Source: Candidatus Saccharimonadales bacterium
GTDB taxonomy: Bacteria; Patescibacteriota; Saccharimonadia; Saccharimonadales; JACQNP01
Direction of reading: 5' to 3'
NCBI GenBank assembly: GCA_038257245.1
Contig: JBBSJL010000003.1
Location: 2,074 to 66,073, forward strand
DNA: 64,000 nt
The notes under the pieces are model-generated. The model saw only the letters and a list, made by a program, of their open reading frames with translations. It did no database searches and was not told where the DNA came from. Positions 11,206-20,326 of the stretch are shown piece after piece. Positions within the stretch are counted from its first letter, which is position 1. Every line of letters begins with the position of its first letter. Both the position numbers and the translations under genes were made by a program.

Positions 11206-11238
11206 AGACCGCCTTTCGTTAGTTTATTGCGTGTAGGG

Positions 11239-12363
11239 CTATTCTATTACTGCACTTACCCTTTCAAGCAAAGATTTCTGGAAGTTTTTTACAGAAAACT
11301 TCTGAGAATAGTGTTTTATATCATTAGGTGAATATTTTTCCACTTGAAATTTACTAAGAACGGCGCAAAGTGATTGAACGGTTTGCTCTTCAAAAAACTC
11401 ACCGGTCTTTCCTGGGACCACGTAGTCTAGAGCACCCCCAGCTTTATAAGCGATTACCGGTACGCCGCAGGCTAACGCTTCAACTGGTGCGATGCCAAAA
11501 TCATCAAGGCCAGGGAATATAAATGCCTTGGCGTTTTGCAGATGTTCAACCACCTCATTATCTGGGGGGTTAATAACAAAATTAATACTAGGGCCAGCCA
11601 TTTCCTGGAGTCTACTATTCTCTGGCCCATCGCCTATTACAGTTAACGCTAAATTTAATTTCGTACAAGCCATAACCGCCAGATCAATGCGTTTATATGG
11701 AGTTTGCCGTCCGGTTACAACAAAGTTTGGATTTTTTACTGAGTTGGATGATTTAGCTTGGAATCTTTCTAGATTTACCGGCGGGAAGGTGATTTGGCTA
11801 TCTCGTTTATAGTACTTTTTAATCTCTTTTTGTATGTGAGTTGATATTGCGACTAACTTTGTGGGCCGTTGTGCGGCCTTGTAGTCCCATTTTCGGAGTG
11901 GGCCAACTAAGACCCTCAAACTTATCCGAGCTAGCCAATTAAACGCTCCAAATCCAGGTTCACCTACATATTGTTCGTAGCGACTCCAGTAATAATGAGT
12001 AGGTGCATTACAAATACAAATATGTTTAGTATTTGGACCAAATTTTACACCCTTAGCTTCGGCTCCGGTTTCGGAAATAATAATGTCATATTCACTCAGG
12101 TCAAGCCTAGAGAAATACCAAGCACGAAGTACGGGTATAAATTTCTTTAGACCTCTAGGCAATTTTTGTAACCACCCAGTTCGTACGTCAGCACTACTAA
12201 ACCAGTCAATTTTGTCTGGGCTATATTGAGAAGTGTAAATTGGAGCATCAGGAAACATTTTGTGTAATTCCAATACGACTCGCTCGGCACCACCTATCCC
12301 AGTTAACCAATCACAAACAATAGCAATTTTTTTGCCTTGCAGATTATTCAAAGCTGGCTTCAC
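11239..12363 (-). CDS. Glycosyltransferase family 4 (GT-B)
   Basis: GGAERV near the N-terminus and DDFGIAPVEALACGVPVIAYKAGGALDYVVPGKTGEF near the C-terminus. Confidence 0.8.
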   Translation of the reverse strand: MKPALNNLQGKKIAIVCDWLTGIGGAERVVLELHKMFPDAPIYTSQYSPDKIDWFSSADVRTGWLQKLPRGLKKFIPVLRAWYFSRLDLSEYDIIISETGAEAKGVKFGPNTKHICICNAPTHYYWSRYEQYVGEPGFGAFNWLARISLRVLVGPLRKWDYKAAQRPTKLVAISTHIQKEIKKYYKRDSQITFPPVNLERFQAKSSNSVKNPNFVVTGRQTPYKRIDLAVMACTKLNLALTVIGDGPENSRLQEMAGPSINFVINPPDNEVVEHLQNAKAFIFPGLDDFGIAPVEALACGVPVIAYKAGGALDYVVPGKTGEFFEEQTVQSLCAVLSKFQVEKYSPNDIKHYSQKFSVKNFQKSLLERVSAVIE

Positions 12364-13808
12364 TATTTTGCTCCAGAACCCGTAATGACCACTCGTAAGG
12401 TACGTATAAGGATTGTAATATCCATCCAGAAACTCCAGTTCTGAACATAATAAACATCTAATTTGCGGCGTTCTTCGAAACTTATGTCCTCACGCCCCGA
12501 TATTTGGGCTAACCCTGTAATTCCAGCTTTAACACTCAAGATATCGTGCTTTCGCGCATAAGTATCTAACTCGGCTGCAATCAGGGTTCGCGGCCCAACA
12601 AGACTCAGATCACCTAGAATGACGTTGAATAATTGAGGTAGTTCGTCCAGGCTGGTCTTTCTTAGGAAGTTCCCGACTTTACTAACTCTGGGATCACGAT
12701 TGAGCATATAGCCTTGTTGCTTATATTTTTCATATAGCTTTGGTTTTCCCAGCTTTTCAAACGCCTCTTTGTCGCTTAGCCCGCTAATGTCAGCCCGATG
12801 CGTTCGGAATTTATAGACTCTGAATTCTCTGTTGAATCTAGTTAATCTGGTTTGGCGAAAAAAGACCGGAGCTTTAGAATCGGATAACTTCAATACGAGG
12901 GAGATTGCCAAAATTATAGGTGAAGTTACAACAATAACAAGTGACGCACCGGTAAGATCGAATAATCGTTTTACAACTTTGCCCCAGCCAATTAGCGCTG
13001 TTTGGTGGACGGCAATAACAGGTCGGTCGGCAAATAATTCAACATCTATATTACCGACAAACATATCACTGTTACCCGGTATGAATCTATAAGAGATGTG
13101 GTGTAGCTGACAGTGCCTTACAATTGCATTATTTTCGTCCTGGTTCTTGTAGAGTTCTGTTTGTACAAGCCCATGTGGTTTGTCGGTAATTTTCTGCAAT
13201 GCCTCTTCGAACGAATTGTAACTGGGTATTTTATGAACTCTTCTACCAACAGTACCAACAACCTTAATACCAGTTACATTTGTAGCACTCATACTGTGGG
13301 CGATACTTGTTGTTGCATCAGTATCTCCGATTAGCAAAATATTACTTACGCCAATGTTGTATCTGAATAACGTATGGCGAATAAACCTAGCGAGGGTTCT
13401 AAATATAAGCAAAAAGGCGAGACTTAGGAGTAATCCATATATTGGTACTAGCCTTGCTGGGAACAGAGACTGTTCGCTCACAAAGTCGTAACCTATGAAG
13501 ACCAACACACCTAAAAACGAACTTACAATTAATCTACCCACTTCTGCGAAACGCTTTTCGTAGACATACTGGTTATATAGACCTAGTAATGCATTGATAA
13601 GTATCCAAATTGGTATTATGGCTAAAAAGGCGTAGAGAAAGGTTGTGGCAGGAATTTGTGCTAGAAGTGGCCTAGGATCAAGCTTTACACGTAAAACATA
13701 AGCTGAAGTAAACGCTCCGACTAGCGCCAGGAAGTCACCAACAATTAAAAACAGTGCATATACGAGTGAAGAATTGTTTTTCATATTAAACTTACAATAT
13801 TGTATCAC
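12363..13808 (-). CDS. Polyprenyl glycosylphosphotransferase (WbaP/EpsB-type initiating sugar transferase)
   Basis: N-terminal TM bundle, then a KRLFDL...PVFFRQTR...YKFRT...PQLFNVILGDLSLVGPR bacterial sugar-transferase domain. Confidence 0.85.
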   Translation of the reverse strand: MIQYCKFNMKNNSSLVYALFLIVGDFLALVGAFTSAYVLRVKLDPRPLLAQIPATTFLYAFLAIIPIWILINALLGLYNQYVYEKRFAEVGRLIVSSFLGVLVFIGYDFVSEQSLFPARLVPIYGLLLSLAFLLIFRTLARFIRHTLFRYNIGVSNILLIGDTDATTSIAHSMSATNVTGIKVVGTVGRRVHKIPSYNSFEEALQKITDKPHGLVQTELYKNQDENNAIVRHCQLHHISYRFIPGNSDMFVGNIDVELFADRPVIAVHQTALIGWGKVVKRLFDLTGASLVIVVTSPIILAISLVLKLSDSKAPVFFRQTRLTRFNREFRVYKFRTHRADISGLSDKEAFEKLGKPKLYEKYKQQGYMLNRDPRVSKVGNFLRKTSLDELPQLFNVILGDLSLVGPRTLIAAELDTYARKHDILSVKAGITGLAQISGREDISFEERRKLDVYYVQNWSFWMDITILIRTLRVVITGSGAK

Positions 13809-13854
13809 TTTGATTGGTGTACAGTGTTATACTGAACGAAAAGCGATCATGATT

Positions 13855-14289
13855 ATGGCTAAAAAGAAATCATCTAAACAAAAAACTGAACTGCTAACAA
13901 TCGTCCAATATTTGGTCAGTGGTGGGGTATATTTCTGGTCTGGATACTTAATGTTTTTTGCTCTGGACAAAGGCTTAGGCCTAAGCCTTTGGTGGGCTAA
14001 ACTTTTAGCAAACATAACGGGCTGGACAATTAACTATGTTTTACAGAGGTATTGGGTATTCAATAAACCCAAGCTCAAGAGCCAAAATATTGATATATCG
14101 TTTCGATACGGTGTGATTACCATAGCTGACTTCATTATTGATTTCTTTATAGTGGCCGGCTTGAAAAATATCGGTATCACACCTTATATTGGGCAATTTA
14201 TTTCCTCAGGCTTCTTTACAGTATGGAATTATCTCTGGTACAAAACGTGGGTTTTTGCGGGTAAAAAACCAAAGAAGGGTAAAAAATGA
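13855..14289 (+). CDS. GtrA-family membrane protein
   Basis: Four helices with YLVSGG..., NYVLQRYWVF and WNYLWYKTWVF motifs. The start was moved to the ATG at 13855 (13849 is also possible), because the track start overlaps the divergent gene. Confidence 0.7.
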   Translation: MAKKKSSKQKTELLTIVQYLVSGGVYFWSGYLMFFALDKGLGLSLWWAKLLANITGWTINYVLQRYWVFNKPKLKSQNIDISFRYGVITIADFIIDFFIVAGLKNIGITPYIGQFISSGFFTVWNYLWYKTWVFAGKKPKKGKK

Positions 14290-14738
14290 CAGACGAGCCT
14301 ATTCGTCCAACCAAAAAACAAAAAGAACTACTAAGTTTTATCGAGGAGTTTATTAATGAACATGGCTATAGTCCAAGCTATAGAGAGATCATGAGAGCTT
14401 TGAACTACAACTCTGTGGCAACGGTAGCGTTGCATGTTGGCAATTTGATCAAAAGAGGTCATCTGCGCAAACGTGATCGTTCAGCAAGATCAATCGAGGT
14501 TATTAATACTCCAACTAAGACAGCCATAAAAAGCAATACAGTAAAACCTAATGAAGAAAAATGGCTTATCGAAAAAGTCGAGTATTTTTTTCGCGAACAG
14601 GAGTCTGCTTCGAGTGCCGAATCCAGTAAGGTCGACGAGCTATACGTGCTTATAGGTGCATTAAAGGTTTTAGGGTTAGAAGGCGCGGCTCAATCTTTTA
14701 TGCCAAGACTCAGTGCAATTAAGAAAAGATCAAAATGA
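14286..14738 (+). CDS. LexA-type winged-helix DNA-binding domain protein lacking the S24 peptidase domain
   Basis: KKQKELLSFIEEFINEHGYSPSYREIMRALNYNSVATVALHVGNLIKRGHLRK matches the LexA N-terminal domain. No Ser/Lys peptidase domain follows. ATGA overlaps on both sides. Confidence 0.55.
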   Translation: MTDEPIRPTKKQKELLSFIEEFINEHGYSPSYREIMRALNYNSVATVALHVGNLIKRGHLRKRDRSARSIEVINTPTKTAIKSNTVKPNEEKWLIEKVEYFFREQESASSAESSKVDELYVLIGALKVLGLEGAAQSFMPRLSAIKKRSK

Positions 14739-15529
14739 GCATAATAGAAGCAATAATTCTAGGAATTATCCAGGGCATTACGGAGTTTTTGCCCATATCT
14801 AGTTCGGGGCATTTGCTCTATGCTCATAACATTCTCGGGATTACGGATACCGGCTTATCTTTTGATGTGGCGTTACATATTGGGACTTTCGTTGCACTTA
14901 TAGTATTTTTCCATAAAGACTTATATGGATTGTTCCTGGGTATCTTGGGTAAAAATGACCAAAAACGCATGGCTTGGCTACTAGCATTCGCAACAATACC
15001 GGCCGTGCTTGGTGGTTTAGTATTGCAAGGATTGGCCGAGTCGACATTTAGGTCGCCAATATTAGTTAGTCTTAATCTAATTTGGGTTGCGATAATGATG
15101 ATCTTAGCCGAACAATATGCTAAAAAACACACCAAAAAAACCAAACTAGCATCAATATCTAACAAACAAGGTTTGTTCGTGGGTTTGGTACAGGTTTTGG
15201 CGCTTATCCCGGGTGTTTCACGTTCAGGGAGCACGATAACCGCTGGAATATTTGCAGGCATAGATAGAGTAAGTGCCACAAGATTTTCATTCCTTCTGGC
15301 TATACCGATCACCTTCGGGGCAATTATAAAAATACTTTCTGACCCTGGTACATTAACTCAAATGAGTTCAGAAAAAGGTGTATTCATTGCTGGCATTATG
15401 TCTGCACTTGTCAGTGGTGTATTTGCCATCAAGTTCCTTATTAAATATCTCAGCAAACACACCTTAAATATTTTTGCTTATTATAGAATTACGGTCGGGA
15501 TTATCGCTTTACTTATCTTGGTTCGTTGA
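14735..15529 (+). CDS. uppP: Undecaprenyl-diphosphate phosphatase
   Basis: GIIQGITEFLPISSSGHL and PGVSRSGSTI motifs. Eight helices, 264 aa. Confidence 0.9.
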   Translation: MSIIEAIILGIIQGITEFLPISSSGHLLYAHNILGITDTGLSFDVALHIGTFVALIVFFHKDLYGLFLGILGKNDQKRMAWLLAFATIPAVLGGLVLQGLAESTFRSPILVSLNLIWVAIMMILAEQYAKKHTKKTKLASISNKQGLFVGLVQVLALIPGVSRSGSTITAGIFAGIDRVSATRFSFLLAIPITFGAIIKILSDPGTLTQMSSEKGVFIAGIMSALVSGVFAIKFLIKYLSKHTLNIFAYYRITVGIIALLILVR

Positions 15530-15561
15530 CGGGCCGTTAAATAGAACGTATTATATTGGTT

Positions 15562-16290
15562 ATGGCAAAAGAATCAGAGGAAGAGACAAAAACCGCTTCT
15601 ATAAAAAAGACAAAAACCCGAAGAGGTTGGAAAATTGCTAAGAGGTTATTAGTTACGCTTATAGTAATTGGCTCCTTAGCATTCGGCGGCTATTTTTATA
15701 AACAGTACAATGATCTAAAGAAAAATCCCCAATCTGCTGAAGAAGCCCAAAAGCAAGAAAATAATAGAATAATTGCAAGCGTAAGCAAGCTTTATTCTCT
15801 ACCTACTGATGAGGAACCGACCATCTTTTTCGTTAGTGATAAAGAAAAACTCAGTGATGAGTATAAAAATCAGGAATTCTTTCAAAAAGCCGAAAATGGA
15901 GACTACATATTGATTTATGAAAATGGCAAAGTCGCTCTTCTATATAGACCTAAGGAAGATCGTTTAGTAGATGTGCGGCCGTATACGGTGCAAAGCAGTC
16001 TGTCGGTAGCAATACTCGGCCCAGAAGCACTACGTAATGCATCAGAAAAAGCAGTAAAGTTGGCTTTTGATAAAGAGATTACTATAAAAAGTAAAGACGA
16101 CGCCAAAACTTCAGTTAATGGTGTTATTGTTGTTGATACGTCTGGTAAATATGCAGACCAAGCCAAGAAGATTGCCGATACCCTTAAGGGTAAGGTTGGG
16201 GCACTTCCTGCTGGTGAGACCAAACCTGACGGCGCAGATATAGTAATCCTTGTTGGCGAAGCCGAACCAACACCTCCACCAGCACAATAG
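15562..16290 (+). CDS. Membrane-anchored protein with a LytR_C-like C-terminal domain
   Basis: Basic N-terminus, one TM helix, and a C-terminal V-x-V-L-N/G...DIVILVG pattern. The ATG at 15562 is preferred over the TTG at 15556. Confidence 0.45.
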   Translation: MAKESEEETKTASIKKTKTRRGWKIAKRLLVTLIVIGSLAFGGYFYKQYNDLKKNPQSAEEAQKQENNRIIASVSKLYSLPTDEEPTIFFVSDKEKLSDEYKNQEFFQKAENGDYILIYENGKVALLYRPKEDRLVDVRPYTVQSSLSVAILGPEALRNASEKAVKLAFDKEITIKSKDDAKTSVNGVIVVDTSGKYADQAKKIADTLKGKVGALPAGETKPDGADIVILVGEAEPTPPPAQ

Positions 16291-16304
16291 CAAAAAATAC
16301 TACA

Positions 16305-16491
16305 TATAGTGTTTGGGTTGCGTAGTATACTACTAGTATTCACAATTAAATTTCCGGAATCAGGTGTAAATCCTGGGCTGTGCCGCAACTGTAAAGTAAG
16401 TAATTACTAAGCCAGACACGGAGTAAGACTCTCGAGCAGGAGCAATTACGATTCGTTTCGTGGCCTGCTTAGAGATAAGCAGGTATTTTTT
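16305..16491 (+). promoter_or_regulatory. Cobalamin (B12) riboswitch-like leader with a terminator expression platform
   Basis: Core at 16356-16395, GGAATCAGGTGTAAATCCTGGGCTGTGCCGCAACTGTAA, fits the cobalamin-riboswitch consensus (GGAA..GGTG.AA.TCC....C.G..CCGC.ACTGTAA). A small hairpin AGTAA/TTACT and a B12-box-like AAGCCAGACAC (16409-16419) follow. GAGCAGG (16434-16440) can compete with the terminator stem. Confidence 0.65.
16464..16491 (+). terminator. Intrinsic terminator abutting the start codon (riboswitch expression platform)
   Basis: CCTGCTT agagat AAGCAGG followed by TATTTTTT. The run ends at the ATG (16492), and the only SD-like purines (AGCAGG) lie inside the stem. Confidence 0.6.
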
Positions 16492-17973
16492 ATGGAAAAA
16501 TCGACAAACCTAGAAGTTATTGATCGGCCTGAACATCAGGGTATTATTGAAGCTTCGGAAATTGTCGATAGGCTAGGCATAGAACAACTTGCCTGCGAGC
16601 TAATCGAAAACAGAGATAAAATCGAAAATGTGGCTGTTCCTCGTCAAGAGCGTGAAGATAATGCACGTACGGCACTTATGGAGGCGCTAACTGCGTCAGG
16701 GCACCTCTCTAGAGTTGAATTAACGGGTAGCTTAGAGGAAATTAATGCTCAAGTACTGTCGCGATTGCTAAATGGTTGGAGTGACAACCTAAACCCTCAC
16801 GAAAAACAAAGGCGTTTTGTTGAGCTTTGTAATGAACTAACAATCCAAGAGGTGCATAGATGCATTGAAGCAGGCATGTTACCAGAATCTGTAGAACTAA
16901 CGGAGATTTCTGACTACCCAATGGCATTATCTGACAAGCAAGCGGAAAGATTGGGTTATCGACCAGAAAATAAAAAAGGCATGGTACGTACAACAGGACT
17001 CGTAAAGAACAGTGGCGGTACATACACAAGAGTTATCGAACAGGTTAGCAGAAGCAGTGCTGATTCCAGTAGTACATTTGAATTTATGCAATCAGCCGAC
17101 CTAGATGGTAGCTCCGCTCAGCTACTTGATGTAGAAGCACTGGGCAGGCCGCTACTAACCAGCACAGTAGATTACGCAGATGGAGTTATTGATATTCAAA
17201 GAAGGCTGGATAAACATTCGGGTGGTCATATATATGGTGAAAAACCAGGCCCAAACCAAATTCCATATGAGGATTTACGCGAAGAGTCTTTTAGAAGAGA
17301 GCGACGTATTGAATTTTATACAACTAACCTAGCAGATTTTGAAACAAGACTAGACCAAGCATACATAGGCGGGCTTATATCCAAAAAAGAGAAGGACAAT
17401 CAGTTCAAACAAGAAGTTAGGGCAATATTAGAAGCTATTTGTACGTTAACCCCAGAATATGCAGAGGATTGTTTTGGTGGGAAAGCTGCTGCAACTTTTT
17501 TTGAGGCATCAAATCTAGCTGCAGCCGGGCAACTAGAAATGGCCAGGCAACTTATTCATGATAACCGCGACCTGCAGAAACCAATAGTTTTTTGTGGGAT
17601 GTCTATTTCACCAGAAAAAGCCAAGGAATTAGGGCTAAATATAAGTGAAACAGGTGATTTGATTTCCGAAGGGAAAGAAAAGATGAAGTTTAAACCTGGG
17701 GTTTGTAGAATTAAGTCTTGCGCCAAGAAAACAGACGTGGGGCCTTGTAGCATATGTCGCAATTGCCAGTCTAGGTTTGATAAAGGCGACGACCCAACTT
17801 TAGATATTGTTAGTTCTTCAAAGACGACTCAAGAAGATCCAGGCACCAAAACGTTAGATGCAATATTTCACTATAGTGATGTCGATAAAGAACCACACGA
17901 CATTATCGAACAAGAACGAGTGGATGCCAATACTTCAAAAGAAGAAACATATAAAACACCAGTGGCTGTATAA
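16492..17973 (+). CDS. Hypothetical soluble 493-aa protein with a C-terminal Cys4 zinc-ribbon-like motif
   Basis: Long clean ORF with no TM segment. CRIKSC-x9-CSICRNC near the C-terminus. I recognise no family. Confidence 0.75.
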   Translation: MEKSTNLEVIDRPEHQGIIEASEIVDRLGIEQLACELIENRDKIENVAVPRQEREDNARTALMEALTASGHLSRVELTGSLEEINAQVLSRLLNGWSDNLNPHEKQRRFVELCNELTIQEVHRCIEAGMLPESVELTEISDYPMALSDKQAERLGYRPENKKGMVRTTGLVKNSGGTYTRVIEQVSRSSADSSSTFEFMQSADLDGSSAQLLDVEALGRPLLTSTVDYADGVIDIQRRLDKHSGGHIYGEKPGPNQIPYEDLREESFRRERRIEFYTTNLADFETRLDQAYIGGLISKKEKDNQFKQEVRAILEAICTLTPEYAEDCFGGKAAATFFEASNLAAAGQLEMARQLIHDNRDLQKPIVFCGMSISPEKAKELGLNISETGDLISEGKEKMKFKPGVCRIKSCAKKTDVGPCSICRNCQSRFDKGDDPTLDIVSSSKTTQEDPGTKTLDAIFHYSDVDKEPHDIIEQERVDANTSKEETYKTPVAV

Positions 17974-17981
17974 TCATACGA

Positions 17982-18587
17982 ATGAAGGTAGGTATTTACT
18001 CCGGGACGTTCGATCCTGTACATGAAGGTCACATAGCTTTTGCTCGCCAAGCAATCAGGGAATTTGATTTAGATAAAGTGTTTTTACTGCCCGAGCCCAG
18101 GCCAAGACGTAAACAGGGTATTAAAGCCTTCGAGCACCGGGTAAACATGCTCAAAATAGCTACCAAAAAAGATAAGAAACTGGGTGTAATAATCTTAGAA
18201 CAACCCAGGTTTACGCCTCATGAAACATTGCCATTACTAAACGAGCGATTTAAGGGCGCTAAAATATATATGTTGATGGGTGATGATTTACTCGATCATT
18301 TTACAGATACAAACTGGCCCCAACTAAATACACTCCTAGAATCTCTTGAATTCATTATAGGTCTCAGGAAATACGACACAGACCAAGTTAAAAAAATAGC
18401 TAATATAATCAACGAGACAAACGGGACGGTATTTTCTTACCAAGTTCTCCAAATTAATGCTAACGAAGTTAGTTCCCAAAAAATAAAAGAAAAAATAAAA
18501 AAACATAATACTTATCTTGGTTTAGAACGAAGCGTTGTGAAATATATCAAAGACAACAGGCTTTATTCAGGGAACGTCCAGTCATAA
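17982..18587 (+). CDS. nadD: Nicotinate-nucleotide adenylyltransferase-like (HxGH nucleotidyltransferase)
   Basis: GIYSGTFDPVHEGHI at the N-terminus, ~200 aa, and an ISS/SxxxxK-like motif (EVSSQKIKEKI) near the C-terminus. Confidence 0.7.
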   Translation: MKVGIYSGTFDPVHEGHIAFARQAIREFDLDKVFLLPEPRPRRKQGIKAFEHRVNMLKIATKKDKKLGVIILEQPRFTPHETLPLLNERFKGAKIYMLMGDDLLDHFTDTNWPQLNTLLESLEFIIGLRKYDTDQVKKIANIINETNGTVFSYQVLQINANEVSSQKIKEKIKKHNTYLGLERSVVKYIKDNRLYSGNVQS

Positions 18588-20254
18588 TGTTCTTTTAGAT
18601 AAGAAATATGCTTATCTTTCAATTGTTTAAACTCACTTTTCTTAAGGTCGCTTTTTTTAATCATAGAGCTAATTTTTTCACTACCAATATAATGGGGCAT
18701 CATTACATAAGATGCGCCTATTTCATAAAGATCTTCTGCTTGTACAGCTGTTTCGGCATGCATTATTGTCACTGCTCCAGGATTAATTTTCTCTATCAGT
18801 TTAAGTAAGAAAACATTAGTCTCATAGTCACTGATAGTAGAGACAATCAGCTTTGCTTTATCTAATCCAATCTCTTCCAAAAGCTCAATATCCAGGGCAT
18901 CACCGTAAATATAATGTGCTTTATGGTGATCAAGTATATCCAGGGCATCAGGATCGTAGTCTACTATGACGTATTTTTTCTTAAGTTGTTTGAAAACCTT
19001 TAAAAACTCATGACCACCTTTTTGGTAGCCAAATAACACTAGTTGGTAAGCATTTTTTGAATTTGTCTCGAAGTGAAGACCTTTTTTCCTTTCAAAGATG
19101 CCAAGGTACTTCTCAATAAAGTCATAGAGCTGGTCGGAGTAGATAATGAAGTATGAAGAAATCGCTATTGTTATAATCCCCACTATAGTAACTAAAGAGA
19201 CAACGGACTGACTTACATGGCCGTTTCGTAGTCCAAGCAGGATAAATATCAGAGAGAATTCACTTATTTGAGCAACTGTAAGCCCGGCCTTGAAGCTGGT
19301 TTTTTTGGTGTAGCTCAACAGCCCCATCAGGACCATGACGATGATAGGGTTTCCAATCAGGACAAAAGCAGATAATCCAATGGCTTGCCAGAACACTGGA
19401 CCTATTCCAAATATATCTAACTGTGCACCTAAGGCGACAAAGAAGACAACAATGAAAAAATCTCTAAGTGGTCTTAGTCTTGAGCTGACTTCCTGAGCAT
19501 AGGGCATAGTCGACAGTGCCACGCCTGCAAATAAAGCTCCAATTTCTAATGAAAAACCACCTTCAAGCGTGATGGCTGCAATACCGAATCCCCAGGCAAT
19601 TGCAAATAAGAAAAGCATTTCTTGGGACCTAGAGAGGAAGTTGGTCATTGGTTTCAGAATGAACTTCACTACAATAACCATACCTACGACTACACCAAAG
19701 CCTTTCAAGGCTAGAGCGACTAGATCTCCTACCTCTAAGCCCCCAGAGCCACTAGCAGAGGCAACTAGTAGTGCAAAAGTAGCTATTATATCCTGGACTA
19801 ATAAAAACCCGATGGCGATTCTGCCGAATAATTTATTGTGCTCTTTTTTGTCAGTTAATAGTTTTAAGATGATGATCGTACTACTAAAAGTCAAAGCAAT
19901 GCTTATATATATAGCTTCAGTTTGAGAATAACCGAGGGCGATAACTATCAGGAACCCTATGAAAGAAGTAAATATTACCTGTCCTAGGCCGGTGATTATC
20001 GAAACCTTACCAACTTCCTTTATCTCTTTCGGATTTAAGCCTAACCCAACGATAAATAAAAGCAGCGCAATTCCAAAGTTGGCGAATACCTCTATTGTTT
20101 CAACAGAGTGGACTAAATTAAGTACGGTTGGCCCAACGAGGATACCTGTAATGATATGACCAATTATCAAAGGTTGCCGCAAAAATCGCATTAGCATTGC
20201 AATCAGAGTCGCTACGACTATAACAATACTAAGTTCTGTAAAAGCCGAATGCAT
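18563..20254 (-). CDS. CPA2-family cation:proton antiporter with a C-terminal RCK/TrkA-N domain (Kef-like)
   Basis: About 12 helices with Na_H_exchanger-like spacing, then a GYQKGGHEF Rossmann-like RCK domain. Confidence 0.85.
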   Translation of the reverse strand: MHSAFTELSIVIVVATLIAMLMRFLRQPLIIGHIITGILVGPTVLNLVHSVETIEVFANFGIALLLFIVGLGLNPKEIKEVGKVSIITGLGQVIFTSFIGFLIVIALGYSQTEAIYISIALTFSSTIIILKLLTDKKEHNKLFGRIAIGFLLVQDIIATFALLVASASGSGGLEVGDLVALALKGFGVVVGMVIVVKFILKPMTNFLSRSQEMLFLFAIAWGFGIAAITLEGGFSLEIGALFAGVALSTMPYAQEVSSRLRPLRDFFIVVFFVALGAQLDIFGIGPVFWQAIGLSAFVLIGNPIIVMVLMGLLSYTKKTSFKAGLTVAQISEFSLIFILLGLRNGHVSQSVVSLVTIVGIITIAISSYFIIYSDQLYDFIEKYLGIFERKKGLHFETNSKNAYQLVLFGYQKGGHEFLKVFKQLKKKYVIVDYDPDALDILDHHKAHYIYGDALDIELLEEIGLDKAKLIVSTISDYETNVFLLKLIEKINPGAVTIMHAETAVQAEDLYEIGASYVMMPHYIGSEKISSMIKKSDLKKSEFKQLKDKHISYLKEHYDWTFPE

Positions 20255-20326
20255 TTATTTATTCTCCAATATGATACTAATTATTGTACAATAAGATAAG
20301 CGTAACCCAAATTACAGATTATATTT

